Source: Planctomycetota bacterium (GTDB lineage: Bacteria; Planctomycetota; UBA1135; UBA2386). Taken from it: a DNA stretch of 64,000 nt. A program made the position numbers and the translations under genes. The stretch spans positions 3,808,001 through 3,872,000 of the forward strand of contig OZ245838.1 of assembly GCA_965228735.1 (NCBI GenBank), read 5' to 3'. Positions 19,106 through 29,311 of this stretch are shown piece by piece. How positions within the stretch are numbered: the first letter of the stretch is position 1; every line of letters begins with the position of its first letter. The notes under the pieces are model-generated. The model was given only the letters and a program-made list of their open reading frames with translations, did not search any database and was not told the origin of the DNA.

Positions 19106-20428
19106 ATGACCACGACCGGCAAGCCCGCCCCCATCGCTCCCGAGCGCCGCTCGCAGGCGCTCGACACCGTGCGGGGGCTCGCCGTCCTCGGCATTCTGGT
19201 GGTCAACGTCGGCTTCGTCGCGATGCCGTTCTTCGCGGTGTCGAACCCGACGATCTGGGGCGGTCACGGCGGCCTCGATGAACTGACCTTCTACGTCCAG
19301 GTCACGTTCTTCGACGGCAAGATGCGCGGCCTGTTCTCGATGCTGTTCGGCGCCGGCCTGTGGCTGCAGTGGACCAAGGCCGAACGCGAAGGCACGGCCG
19401 CGGGCTTCGGGGACGTATGGAGCCGCCGCTGCCTCTGGCTCGTGTTGTTCGGCCTCGTCCACGGCTACCTGCTGCAGTGGGCCGGCGACATCCTGTTCGC
19501 CTACGGCATCGCCGGGCTGTTCCTGTTCCCGCTCCGGCTGCTCGGTTCGCGGGCGCTCATCGCGCTCGCAACGATCCTGCTCACGATCGGCTTCGCGTTC
19601 GACGCCGTCGCCCTCGTCGGACGCGGGGAGGACGCGCGGGGCTACACCGAGGCGATCGCCGTCCGCGAGCACGGCGGCACGCTCGACGACGATCAGCAGG
19701 CCGCGATCGCTCGCTGGGAACGCAACCACCCACGCAAGACCGCCGACTCCCCGCCCGTGCAGGAGCTGCTCACGGCATTCCGCAGCGGCTGGACGGCGAG
19801 CGCCGCCGTGTCCGCCGAGTTCACCGCGTACCTGCAGACCAGCTACTTCGTGCAGCACATGTTCTGGGACACGCTCGGCCTGATGTTGCTGGGCATCGTG
19901 TTGGCGAGGAGCCGCTGGCTGCAGGGTCAGGGCGGCACGCGCAGCTACGTGACGGCGATGGTCGTCGGCTACGGCGTCGCCGCACCCGTCGTTTGGTCGC
20001 TGGCCATGGCCGATCACGACGCGAACTTCTCGGCGCTCGAGATCGGCACCGAGTGGGCCCGGATCGCGCTGTATCACCCGACCCGCATCGCCATCGGACT
20101 GGCCCACGCCGCGGCCCTCCTGCTCGTGCTCCGGAGCCGGCTCGGGGAGACGCTGCTACGCCCGCTCGCCGCGGTCGGCCGCGCCGCACTCTCCAACTAC
20201 ATCCTGCAGACGCTGCTCTGCACGACGTGGTTCTTCGGTTTTGGCTTCGGCTTCTACGGCGAACTGAGTCGCTTCCAGCAGATGCTGTTCGTCGCCGGTG
20301 TCTGGGCAATCGCCATGATCTGGAGCCCGCTGTGGCTGCGCCGGTTCCGCTTCGGACCTCTCGAATGGGCCTGGCGTTCGCTCGTGCACTGGCGGCGACA
20401 GCCGATGCGGCGATCGCGCGAGCCGTGA
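19106..20428 (+). CDS. DUF418 (YeiB-like) membrane protein
   Basis: LDTVRGLAVLGILVVN, DGKMRGLFSMLFGAG, GDILFAYG, VGRAALSNYILQT, FRFGPLEWAWR. Confidence 0.88.
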   Translation: MTTTGKPAPIAPERRSQALDTVRGLAVLGILVVNVGFVAMPFFAVSNPTIWGGHGGLDELTFYVQVTFFDGKMRGLFSMLFGAGLWLQWTKAEREGTAAGFGDVWSRRCLWLVLFGLVHGYLLQWAGDILFAYGIAGLFLFPLRLLGSRALIALATILLTIGFAFDAVALVGRGEDARGYTEAIAVREHGGTLDDDQQAAIARWERNHPRKTADSPPVQELLTAFRSGWTASAAVSAEFTAYLQTSYFVQHMFWDTLGLMLLGIVLARSRWLQGQGGTRSYVTAMVVGYGVAAPVVWSLAMADHDANFSALEIGTEWARIALYHPTRIAIGLAHAAALLLVLRSRLGETLLRPLAAVGRAALSNYILQTLLCTTWFFGFGFGFYGELSRFQQMLFVAGVWAIAMIWSPLWLRRFRFGPLEWAWRSLVHWRRQPMRRSREP

Positions 20429-20528
20429 CGATCGGCGTCTGACGATACGGGCTCGGACGACCGAGCCTCCATGCCCCGCGCCCCCGATCCTGGCGACCCG
20501 GGTCGGCGCGCCCTAGGCTTTGCGCCGC

Positions 20529-20605
20529 GCGCCCGTAGCTCAGCTGGATAGAGCATCGGTTTCCTAAACCGGAGGTCACAGGTTCGAGTCCTGTCGGGCG
20601 TACCA
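20529..20605 (+). tRNA. tRNA-Arg (anticodon CCT)
   Basis: 77 nt; acceptor stem GCGCCCG/CGGGCGT, D-arm TAGCTCAGCTGGATAGAGC, anticodon loop TTCCTAA, T-arm ACAGG-TTCGAGT-CCTGT, encoded CCA. TAGGCT -10-like box at 20514. Confidence 0.96.
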
Positions 20606-20635
20606 TGTCGGTTGGTGACGGGCGACGCTCGACGC

Positions 20636-20796
20636 TTCGCAGCCTTGGCTTCGTGGTCGAGCCAGCTCTGCAGCACGCTCGGAAGCTCCGGCGAGGCAGC
20701 CGCCAGGTAGGGCAGCTCGTCGAAGATGATCGGGACCCGCCAACCCAGCGTCTTGGCCTGCGTGGACAGGCTGCGCAGGAGGACGCGCCAGTCGCG
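20636..20796 (-). pseudogene. Internal fragment of an ATPase_2/DUF234-type AAA ATPase
   Basis: DWRVLLRSL...PIIFDELPYLAAASPELPSVLQSWLDH (Walker B region) without start or Walker A. Confidence 0.6.
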
Positions 20797-21093
20797 ATGG
20801 CGACGCCCACGTGCTGTTCTCGACCAACACCAACACGGCCGACGAGATCCTGATGGTGCTGCTCGACGTGCGTGTCGCGGGCGCGCCGGTGGCCGACGAC
20901 GAAGACTGACCACGTTGTCCGTGCCGAGCGATGAGCTCGATCACCGCGCCGCGTCGGCCGGCGACCGCAAGCGGGCCGACTCGGTCCGTGGTCAGAGCGA
21001 ACGCGCCGGTCGACATCCTGGCACGTGCCGTTCACCATCGAGAATCGACGACGCCCTCGTGCCCATCGGCATCGATGGCCGTATCATCCAGCC

Positions 21094-21402
21094 GTGAACT
21101 CCTTGGTCGAGAAGAATCGGACTGCTGTCTCGGAGCTGTGCCGACAGCACAGCGTCCGTGCGCTTGACCTGTTCGGTTCCGCTGCCTCCGATCGATTCGA
21201 CCCGGCGACGAGCGACCTCGATTTCCTCGTCGAGTTCGAGGACTTGGAGCCTGCAGCGTTCTCGGCGGCCTACTTCGGACTGCTCGAAGGACTGAGCACG
21301 CTGTTCGGACGTGACGTCGATCTTGTCGTCGAGTCTTCCATCGAGAACCCGTACTTCCGCGAGGTCGTCGAGCGCACGCGCACTCCGCTGTATGCAGCTT
21401 GA
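21094..21402 (+). CDS. Minimal nucleotidyltransferase (MNT/MntA-like antitoxin)
   Basis: ELCRQHSVRALDLFGSAASDRFDPATSDLDFLVEF (GS-x11-DxD), LFGRDVDLV, NPYF; GTG 21094. Confidence 0.9.
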   Translation: MNSLVEKNRTAVSELCRQHSVRALDLFGSAASDRFDPATSDLDFLVEFEDLEPAAFSAAYFGLLEGLSTLFGRDVDLVVESSIENPYFREVVERTRTPLYAA

Positions 21403-21742
21403 GGTCAAGAAATACCTGTTCGACGTGCAGAAGGCCTGCGCCCGCGTCGTCGAGTTCACGGTGGGCAAGAGCTTCGGGGACTACGCTCAGAACGCGATGC
21501 TCAAGGCCGCGGTCGAACGGCAGTTCGAGATCGTCGGCGAGGCGCTGAACCGGCTCGCCAAGCTGGACGCGAGCGTGGTCGAGCAGATCAGCGACCATCG
21601 CCAGATCATCGCGTTCCGCAACATCCTGGTGCACGCCTACGCGCAAATCGACGACCGCGTCGTATGGGGCGTCGTCGAGACGAAGCTGCCAACCTTGATC
21701 GCCGAGGTCGATGTCCTGCTGGGCGAAGGGAACGGCGACTGA
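21392..21742 (+). CDS. HEPN/DUF86 ribonuclease toxin (HepT-like)
   Basis: AVERQFEIVGEAL and FRNILVHAY (R-x4-H-x-Y); overlaps the MNT gene. Confidence 0.9.
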   Translation: MQLEVKKYLFDVQKACARVVEFTVGKSFGDYAQNAMLKAAVERQFEIVGEALNRLAKLDASVVEQISDHRQIIAFRNILVHAYAQIDDRVVWGVVETKLPTLIAEVDVLLGEGNGD

Positions 21743-22042
21743 ACTCAGCAGCGGCTCGATTCGGCGATTGGCACGAGCGCACGTTTTGGTCCGACCCGAG
21801 ATCAGCACGCGGGCATACCGGGACTGCGGCCGAGAGCCTCGGGCAGTCATGACCTCGAGAACCAGCATCATGTCGTCGCGCATGATGCCGCGCAGCACCA
21901 AGTGCAGTCATGACGCGTGGCCCGGGCGTCGAGGCGACGGTTCGGCACGCGGATTCCGCACTTCCCTGGCCGCCTCACGGCCTCGCTTGCGCCACCTCCG
22001 GCATCCGCGGCCAACCGCCGCGCCGACCCGAGAACCAAGACG

Positions 22043-23724
22043 ATGCCGAAACCGACCCAACTGTTGCTGGCCAGCGCGATCGCCGTGCTGGCGGCCTCCA
22101 CCACCGCCCAGACCTGGACGCGCAAGATCACCGGTGCGTGGACCTACTACACGCCGGTCGCCGTGCACGAGAACGGCTTCGACCTTGCCTTCCGTAACGG
22201 CTCGAACTCCGTCCACGTCAGCCTGACACCCCAGGGCACCGTTTCGTCCCCGTTTCAACTGCAGGGCATGTCGGGACTCTTGAACTTCCGCCACCTCGCC
22301 GACCTCGGCGGTGGACGCCAGTTGTTGAGCGGCGTCCAGAACAACCGTTGCTGGATCGGTGCGGTCGATCGCGCAACGGGCCTGACGATCTGGGACGAGA
22401 CGGTGTCGGACGAGCAAAGCTCGTTCTTCGCCTCGTGCCGCAACGCGCACGGCCACGTCATCGTCGTCGGGAGCAGGGTCGATCCCGTCACGTCGATCAC
22501 GCGGCAGTTCATCTGCGCGATCGACCCCAACGGCGGCGTTCTGTGGCGCCGGAGCTACGGCGCGAGCATCCTCAACGAGAGCGGGGTCGGCATTCACCCA
22601 CTGCACGGCGGCGGGCTCGTGATGGTCAACTTCTCATCGGCCCCGAGCGCAACCGTGGCGACGCTTCGCACGGTTTGGCTCGACGACCTGGGCAACGTGA
22701 TCGCCAGCCGACACATGTCGATGACGCCGGGTGGCCTGCGTTCGCCGGTCGCGGCGCCGTCATGGGCGCCCCGGGGCCCGAGGACTTCTTCGCGGTCCGC
22801 GACGATGCAACGCACAACGTCGTTTGGCAGCGGTCCTACGACACCTACTCGAAGTACCCGACGGTCAACTCGATGACCCGGGCCGTGGCCGGGGTCGTCG
22901 CCCACCCCGCTGGCGGCTTCGCGCTCGGTGCCACGCAGGCACTGCCTACCGGACCCGCCGGGGCCGATCAGACCGACATGGTCGTCCTGCGCCTCGACGA
23001 TCAGGGCAACCCGCTGTGGATGCGGGCCTACGGCGACAACACACTCGACGAACGACTCAGCGGGTTCGCACTCACTCCGGACGGCGGGTTCTTGATCGTC
23101 GGAGGCGGTCCGCAAGCCGGCACGATTCGCGTCTCGCGAACACGCTCTGATGGCACTATCGATGGTTGCCCGAGCGCTGCGACGCAGGCGTTCGTCGGAC
23201 CCGGCGTCGTAACCTCGCAGATCAGCTACGTGCCCGTCGCCGACGCAACGGATACGGTGCCCGACTACCACGCGCTCGTTCTGCCGCTGTTCCCGGTCGT
23301 CGAGGCCGTCTGCGGCACGACCTGCACGACCGTCGGAGGAACGTTCGGCAACGGCGTTCCCGGCACGGGCAGCGTCACGCCGAGCTTGACCCCGATCGAT
23401 GGCGCCTGCCTCGGCTGGGTGCCCGAGCTGCGAATCGAGGACGCCCGCGGTGGCGCGTTCGCGGCGCTCGGCTTCGGTTTCACCACGACGACCACGCCGC
23501 TGCTCGGGGGCACGCTCTATCTCGACCCGGCGACCATGTTCACCGCGACGAGCCTGCTGTCGGGTCCGTCAGGTGTCCCGGGTGTCGGCAGTTGGACACT
23601 GCCGCTGCAGGCCGACTGGACGTCGTTCATCGGCATCACGCTCTACGCCCAGGCGTTCGTGCTCGATCCGAGCTCGCCGTCGGGGGTGGCGATGTCCAAC
23701 GCGGCCTCGGTGACGGCGCAGTAG
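22043..23724 (+). pseudogene. Secreted beta-propeller-like protein with C-terminal domain, split by a frameshift near 22738
   Basis: Signal peptide and repeats (IDPNGGVLWRRSYG) in frame 22043.. continue in a different frame (LDDQGNPLWMRAYG) after ~22738. One extra G would give ...TPGGLAFAGRGAVM.... Confidence 0.75.
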
Positions 23725-24013
23725 CGCGCGGAGCGGGCGCGCCGAGGAGAGCAGGAAACCGCGGATCCACGCAGTAATCCGCCAGCGCCGCGGCATTGGG
23801 ACCGCGTGAGCATCTGCACTTCTCGTCGGACAACGGTCTGCACCGCGCTGGCCGCCGTTCTTCTTCTCCGCGCCGCGGCCGTCGGCCAGGCGCTCCCCAA
23901 CGGCGACGTTATTGTCGAGTTCGTCGGCCTGTCCGCTCGGACACCAGCGAGCATTCGCGAGGCGTTCGGCGGCAAGGCCGAGCCGGCCGCGAGCCGATGG
24001 CAACGGGCTCGCT

Positions 24014-25093
24014 TCAGTAATGCCGCACGCAGCCGGTCATGCCGAAGTCGTGCTTCCAGACCAGGACCCCGCGCTCGTTCCGCCGGCTGACGAACCCACG
24101 GCCGCCGATGATCGTGTCGCCGTTGCTGACGCGGATCGCCGTGTGCGGGTTCTTCGTGGTCTCGATGGTGTGCACGATCCGGCCGGCGGCATCGATCTCG
24201 AGCACCTTGTTGTCACGATGCGACGTGATCAATGTGTGGCCGTTCCACAGTCGGCGCGCGTCATGCACCTCCTTGGCCTGGTCGAACGTTCGCAGGGTCT
24301 TGCCGCGCCAGTCGAGTTCGAGGGCCTTGTTGCCTTCCGCGATCAGCAGGTTGCCGCTCGGCAGGGGATACGCCTTCCATGGCGTCAACCGCGCCCCGGT
24401 CTTGCGGACGACCTTGCCGGCGGGACTCACCTCGATCGCGTTGCCCGAGGCGTTCGCGATCAGCGTGTTGTCGTTGGGCAGGCGCACGACGCCGAGTGCG
24501 TTCATGTTCGGATCCGAGTACGACCACACCACCGCGCCGCTGCGGTCGATCTCCCGCACGTTCGACTTCGGCGACGTGAGCGCGACGAGGTAGTGCCCGT
24601 TCGGGAGACGCTCGGCGTGGAAGACCCGCGTCAGGTCCTTGATCTCGAGCAGGACCTTGCCGGCTTCGTCGAACTCGAGGATGCGGCCGCCCGGGTGATC
24701 CGTGACGAGCGTGATGCCCTCGGGCTCGAACGCCGAGAGCACCCAGCGCGCCGCGGTCGCCGTGTGCGCGACCTCGCTCGCCGTCAGGATCCGAAGGTCG
24801 GGCACTACCCCTTCGGCACCGGCCCCGAGCGCGCGGAGGCAGTGCGCGGCCCGCGCCACGACGTCGGGCCGAGGGTCGGTCAGCTTGTCGCAGAGCGCGG
24901 GCGCGGCTGCCGCGCCGAGCGCGAGCAGCCCACGGACCGCCTGGTCGCGGCGCTCCGGCAACTCGAGGAACGCCACGTGGCGCGCGGCCTGCCGTTCGGG
25001 AGAACCGGCGCTCACGATCGTCTGGCCGGTGAGGCCGAGCGCGAACACCCCCGCGACCCCGATTCCGACTGCGATCCTCGTTGTGGTGTTCAT
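24014..25093 (-). CDS. Exported protein with HEAT-like helical segment and beta-propeller repeats
   Basis: LTDPRPDVVARAAHCLRALG followed by repeated RLPNGHYLVA / RLPNDNTLIA / RLWNGHTLIT / EIDxxGxVVW units. Confidence 0.75.
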   Translation of the reverse strand: MNTTTRIAVGIGVAGVFALGLTGQTIVSAGSPERQAARHVAFLELPERRDQAVRGLLALGAAAAPALCDKLTDPRPDVVARAAHCLRALGAGAEGVVPDLRILTASEVAHTATAARWVLSAFEPEGITLVTDHPGGRILEFDEAGKVLLEIKDLTRVFHAERLPNGHYLVALTSPKSNVREIDRSGAVVWSYSDPNMNALGVVRLPNDNTLIANASGNAIEVSPAGKVVRKTGARLTPWKAYPLPSGNLLIAEGNKALELDWRGKTLRTFDQAKEVHDARRLWNGHTLITSHRDNKVLEIDAAGRIVHTIETTKNPHTAIRVSNGDTIIGGRGFVSRRNERGVLVWKHDFGMTGCVRHY

Positions 25094-25115
25094 TGCATGT
25101 TCGGGGGTCCGCGCG

Positions 25116-25640
25116 TCAGTCTAGCGCATCGGCGAGGCGCACTGGGGCGCCCACACGCAGCAGGCCGCCTGCCAGCACGCGCGCAGTGATGCCGCCGTGG
25201 CCGCGGACCGCGTGGTAGCCGCCCGGCCCGAGGACCTCCTCCATTCGAGAACACGGCGCGCACGGGCCGGTGCCCTCGAGCAACACGTCACCGACGAAGA
25301 ACCGCATCGTGCGCAGCCCCCACAGGTTGATGCCGGCAACCATGAGGTTGCGACGCAGATCAGCGGGAGCAACGGAGTCACGTTCGAGGAGACCCGCGAT
25401 CACCGGCAGATGCTCGGCCTGGATCAGAGTGACCTGCCGCTTGCTCGGCGCACGGTTGCTGCTGGCATGGTGATCGCCATCGAGACCGGCACCGACGCGG
25501 CAATCGACCGCATCGACGACGCGAATCGTCGCCCGGCGCTCCGGCGACAATCCGATCCATTCGAGCCGCCCGATCTGCGGCACGCTCCGCTGCAAGCGCG
25601 CGAGCGGCGACGGCCCCGCCGCGCCTTCAGCGCCCACCAC
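25116..25640 (-). CDS. MOSC domain protein
   Basis: GLDGDH, RQVTLIQAEH, LRRNLMVAGINL, TGPCAPCSRMEE, RGHGGITARV. Confidence 0.9.
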   Translation of the reverse strand: MVGAEGAAGPSPLARLQRSVPQIGRLEWIGLSPERRATIRVVDAVDCRVGAGLDGDHHASSNRAPSKRQVTLIQAEHLPVIAGLLERDSVAPADLRRNLMVAGINLWGLRTMRFFVGDVLLEGTGPCAPCSRMEEVLGPGGYHAVRGHGGITARVLAGGLLRVGAPVRLADALD

Positions 25641-25989
25641 TCGCGCTCGCCGCTTCCTCCGCGAGGCGACGCTCCTTGAACGCGTTGCCCCACGCCTGCA
25701 TCGAGATCAGGACCGGCTCGAGCGAACGCCCGAACTCGGTCACCTCGTACTCGACCCGCGGTGGCACCTCGGCGAAGACGTGTCGATCGACCACACCGTC
25801 CGCCTCCAGTTCACGGAGTTGCAGCGTGATCATGCGCTCCGTCGCGTTCGGCACGAGGCGACGCAACTCCCCGAAGCGCTTCCGGCCGGCCAGCAGGTGG
25901 CAGACGAGGACGGGCTTCCAACGGCCGCCGATGACGCTGAGGGTCGCCTCCACGTCGCAGCCGGTTCGCCAGTTGTACTTACGAGTCAC
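25627..25989 (-). CDS. HxlR family winged-helix regulator
   Basis: GCDVEATLSVIGGRWKP...RMITLQLRELEADG...VPPRVEY; GTG 25989 after GGAGG. Confidence 0.92.
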   Translation of the reverse strand: MTRKYNWRTGCDVEATLSVIGGRWKPVLVCHLLAGRKRFGELRRLVPNATERMITLQLRELEADGVVDRHVFAEVPPRVEYEVTEFGRSLEPVLISMQAWGNAFKERRLAEEAASASGGR

Positions 25990-26020
25990 GATGCCTCCAG
26001 CGGTGTCATGCTCGTCCAAT

Positions 26021-26038
26021 ACTTACAAAAATGTGGGT
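26021..26038. promoter_or_regulatory. AT-rich imperfect inverted repeat, candidate HxlR-type operator
   Basis: ACTTAC-aaaaat-GTGGGT between the divergent HxlR and oxidoreductase genes. Confidence 0.4.
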
Positions 26039-26133
26039 TCTTGTAAAGACCGCTGTAGTGACCGAATCTCGCGCATCGAGGCCAGCGAGCACGGCCGAGA
26101 ACCTAGCCCCTCACCGCGCCGAGAGACCAATCC

Positions 26134-27120
26134 ATGAGAGCGATGATCATCCACCACTACGGCGAGGACGCCGTATTCGAAGCCGCCGAAGTCGAGCAAC
26201 CAACGGCCGCCGCCGGCCAGGTCCTCGTGAAGATCGCGGCGTCGAGCGTGAACACGGTCGACACGATGATCCGCAAACTGGGAGCGGCTCTGCCACTCTC
26301 GCCGGCGACACCCGCGATCCTCGGGATGGACTTCGCCGGCACCATCGAGGCCGTCGGGGCGGGTGTCGACGAGTTCGCCATCGGGGACGAAGTCTTCGGG
26401 TGCGCCGGCGGCCTCGCGGACCTCCCCGGCTCGCTCGCCGACTACATCGCGGCCGACGCGAGACTGATCGCGAAGAAGCCCGCGAACCTGTCGCTGCGCG
26501 AGGCTGCGGCGCTGCCGCTCGTCGCGATCACGGCCTACGAGGGCCTGACCCGCGCCGGGATCGAAGCGGGCCAGAAGGTCCTGGTGCACGGCGGCTCCGG
26601 CGGCGTCGGCCACGTTGCTCTGCAGCTGGCCCGGCACTTCGGCGCCGAGGTGTACTCGACTGGCGGCGGCGACATTCAGCTCGCCCTGATCCGGCGGCTC
26701 GGGGCGACGCCGATCCACTACAAGAACGAGTCCGTCGAGGACTACGTCGCCGCGCACACCGACGGTGCGGGATTCGACCTCGTGTTCGATTCGGTCGGCG
26801 CCGCGAACATGGCGAAGTCGTTCGAAGCGGCCGCGCTCAACGGCCAGATCGCCACGACCGTGGCGCTGTGCGAGCTGGACCTGACGACGGCCCACTTCAA
26901 GGGCCTGTCACTGCACGTCGTGTTCATGCTCATTCCGATGCTTCACGACCACCAGCGGGAGGAGCACGGCAGGATCCTGCGCGACGTGGCCCGAATCGCC
27001 GAGGCCGGGGAACTGAAGCCCGTGCTCGACGAGACCCGTTTCGCGCTGGACGAGGCGGGCGCCGCGCACGCTCGCCTGGAGAGCGGGCAGGCGATCGGCA
27101 AGGTCGTCATCGACAACTGA
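26134..27120 (+). CDS. MDR superfamily (quinone oxidoreductase-like) NAD(P)H oxidoreductase
   Basis: ILGMDFAG, AAALPLVAITAYEGL, VLVHGGSGGVGHVALQLA, GKVVI. Confidence 0.92.
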   Translation: MRAMIIHHYGEDAVFEAAEVEQPTAAAGQVLVKIAASSVNTVDTMIRKLGAALPLSPATPAILGMDFAGTIEAVGAGVDEFAIGDEVFGCAGGLADLPGSLADYIAADARLIAKKPANLSLREAAALPLVAITAYEGLTRAGIEAGQKVLVHGGSGGVGHVALQLARHFGAEVYSTGGGDIQLALIRRLGATPIHYKNESVEDYVAAHTDGAGFDLVFDSVGAANMAKSFEAAALNGQIATTVALCELDLTTAHFKGLSLHVVFMLIPMLHDHQREEHGRILRDVARIAEAGELKPVLDETRFALDEAGAAHARLESGQAIGKVVIDN

Positions 27121-27129
27121 AGAGCGAAC

Positions 27130-27502
27130 ATGCAGAAGACGATCTTGATCACCGGTTCGACCGACGGCATCGGCCATCGGACCGCGCGGCAGCTGGTCGA
27201 GCGCGGGCACCGCGTGCTGCTCACGGTAACGTTCGACCACCCACCGGTGAACGTGCAGGGCCAGGAGATGCTGGCCGACCTGAACAGCCTCGCGATGAGG
27301 CTGCAAGCAAGCGGTCTACGAGTCCATCGACAAGCCGATCGAGGAAGCCCTGCGGGCGGAGGCCTACTGGCTCTATCAAGCCACGAGCAAGACTCCGGCG
27401 ATCAAGCGGTTCACCATCGCCGACGAGAAGGGCCTGGAACACGACATGGAGAACCAACGGAACTGGAACGAACTGGTCATGCAGGTCCAGGACATCCAGT
27501 GA
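27130..27502 (+). pseudogene. Deletion chimera: SDR N-terminus fused to two fragments of an enoyl-CoA hydratase-like gene
   Basis: MQKTILITGSTDGIG...RVLL (27130-27222), then TVTFDHPPVNVQGQEMLADLNSLAMRL (to ~27303), then in another frame CKQAVYESIDKPIEEALRAEAYWLYQ...QDIQ* (27302-27502). Confidence 0.75.
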
Positions 27503-27521
27503 CTGCCGACGAAGACACACC

Positions 27522-28388
27522 ATGACACGAATCGCCATAGCAGCCGCCAGCGGCCGGCTCGGCGCCGAGATCGCCAAGGCCACGATCGGAGTCGTTGGCA
27601 ACGACGCCGTCGTGGGCCTGGCCCGCACCCCGGCCAAAGCACGATCGCTCGGCATCGAGATCCGGCCAGGCGACTATGATTCCCGGACCGATCTCAGGAG
27701 TTCTCTCGAGGGGATCGACACGCTGCTCCTGGTCTCGGGAATGGACGCACCCGAGAAGCGAGTCGATCAGCATCGCAACGTGATCGCAGCCGCCAAGGCA
27801 GCCGGAGTGCAGAAGATCGTCTACACGAGCGTGCAGGGCGCCGAGCACGGCACCGGATTCTCGGCGGTCGTGCAGAGCAACCGCCAAACGGAGGACGACG
27901 TCCGCAACAGCGGCCTGCAGTGGGTCATCGGTCGCAACGGCATCTACGTCGAACCCGACGTCGACTACGTGCGGGTCTACGAACAGCGCGGCGAGATCGC
28001 GAACTGCGCCGGCGATGCCCGGTGCGGCTACACGACGCGACCGGAGCTGGCCCACGCGTATTCGCGTATGCTGACGGAACGCGCCCACGACGGCCGGACG
28101 TACAACCTGCATGGCGACCCGATCACCCAGCGCCAACTCGCAGTCCACCTGAACGCGGCGTTCGGCACCGAACTCGAATTTCGCGACATGACCGTCGCGG
28201 AATACCGCGAAGAACGGACCGCGGAGCTCGGCGAGTTCCTGGGCGGAGTCATCGCCGGCATCTACGAAGGGATCCGACTCGGCGCTGCAGACAACGAGAG
28301 CCACTACGCCCGCGCAGCTGGTCGCGACCACCAGAGCTGGCCGGACTACTTCGCTGATCTCCAGGCCGACCGGCTTCGACTGCCGTGA
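27522..28388 (+). CDS. NmrA-like / atypical SDR NAD(P)H-binding oxidoreductase
   Basis: [46 protein letters not shown] 27522. Confidence 0.85.
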   Translation: MTRIAIAAASGRLGAEIAKATIGVVGNDAVVGLARTPAKARSLGIEIRPGDYDSRTDLRSSLEGIDTLLLVSGMDAPEKRVDQHRNVIAAAKAAGVQKIVYTSVQGAEHGTGFSAVVQSNRQTEDDVRNSGLQWVIGRNGIYVEPDVDYVRVYEQRGEIANCAGDARCGYTTRPELAHAYSRMLTERAHDGRTYNLHGDPITQRQLAVHLNAAFGTELEFRDMTVAEYREERTAELGEFLGGVIAGIYEGIRLGAADNESHYARAAGRDHQSWPDYFADLQADRLRLP

Positions 28389-28429
28389 ACCATCGCCCAC
28401 AGAACGGTCCCGCGCACCACAAGCCCGGC

Positions 28430-29311
28430 ATGAGAACCTACCCCTACCTGATGACGCTCGCCGTCGTCGCCGTCGCCTGCACGAACCTCGTGCCCGCGCC
28501 TGGCGGCGCGTCACGCGACCCGGCCGACGGCCACCCCGACGAGATTGTCCTGGTCTCCGATGTGCGATGGGAACAACTCAACCCCGCCCGCGGAGACCAG
28601 AGCCCACAGGCCGGCACCTTGTGGGGCGACCGGAAAGGCACCGTCCCGACGGGCTACCTCATCAAGTTCGAAGACGGTTTCTCGTCGCCACCGCACATCC
28701 ACAACGTGTCGTACCGCGGAGTGGTGATCCGCGGGCTCGTTCACAACGACGACCCGGACGCGGCCCGCATGTGGATGCCGCCGGGTTCGTTCTGGACGCA
28801 ACCCAAGGGCGAAGCGCACATCACGGCCGCACAGGGCAGCGACAACATGGCCTACATCGAGATCGACGAAGGCCCGTACCTGGTGTTGCCGACCGCGCGG
28901 GCTTTCGACAGCGGCGAACGGCCCGTCAACGTCGACGCGTCGAACGTGGTCTGGTTGGCGGCAACGCCCGTCGCCGACGCCAGCTCGCGATCGCCCGAGT
29001 CCACGGACCACGCCGCGGTTGCGTTCCTCTGGGGGAGCCCGACCAACGGCCAACTGCACGGTGCCCTCGTCAGACTACCTGGCGGGTTCGATGGCCGGAT
29101 CGAGACCTACGGGGCAAGCTTCAAAGCCATCGTCATCAAGGGACAGCCGAGGACAGGCGCGAACGATGACGACTGCAAAACTCTGGAACCGGGAAGCTAC
29201 TTCGCTTCGCACGGCGCCCGGAGCCATCACCTCGCCACGGACCCAGGTTGCGAGAGCGTGCTCTACGTGCGGACGGACGGCGGGTTCGAGATCGTTGCAA
29301 AGGAGCAGTAG
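28430..29311 (+). CDS. DUF4437 cupin-like protein, possible lipoprotein
   Basis: [58 protein letters not shown] lipobox-like. Confidence 0.8.
   Translation: MRTYPYLMTLAVVAVACTNLVPAPGGASRDPADGHPDEIVLVSDVRWEQLNPARGDQSPQAGTLWGDRKGTVPTGYLIKFEDGFSSPPHIHNVSYRGVVIRGLVHNDDPDAARMWMPPGSFWTQPKGEAHITAAQGSDNMAYIEIDEGPYLVLPTARAFDSGERPVNVDASNVVWLAATPVADASSRSPESTDHAAVAFLWGSPTNGQLHGALVRLPGGFDGRIETYGASFKAIVIKGQPRTGANDDDCKTLEPGSYFASHGARSHHLATDPGCESVLYVRTDGGFEIVAKEQ

Noticed and set aside
22720..22760. Programmed ribosomal frameshift
   Set aside because: No slippery heptamer or homopolymer is present; mutation or sequencing error is simpler.
26031..28388. 785-aa ORF as a single gene
   Set aside because: Only the part from ATG 27522 is protein-like; the upstream part overlaps the MDR gene and the chimera in other frames.
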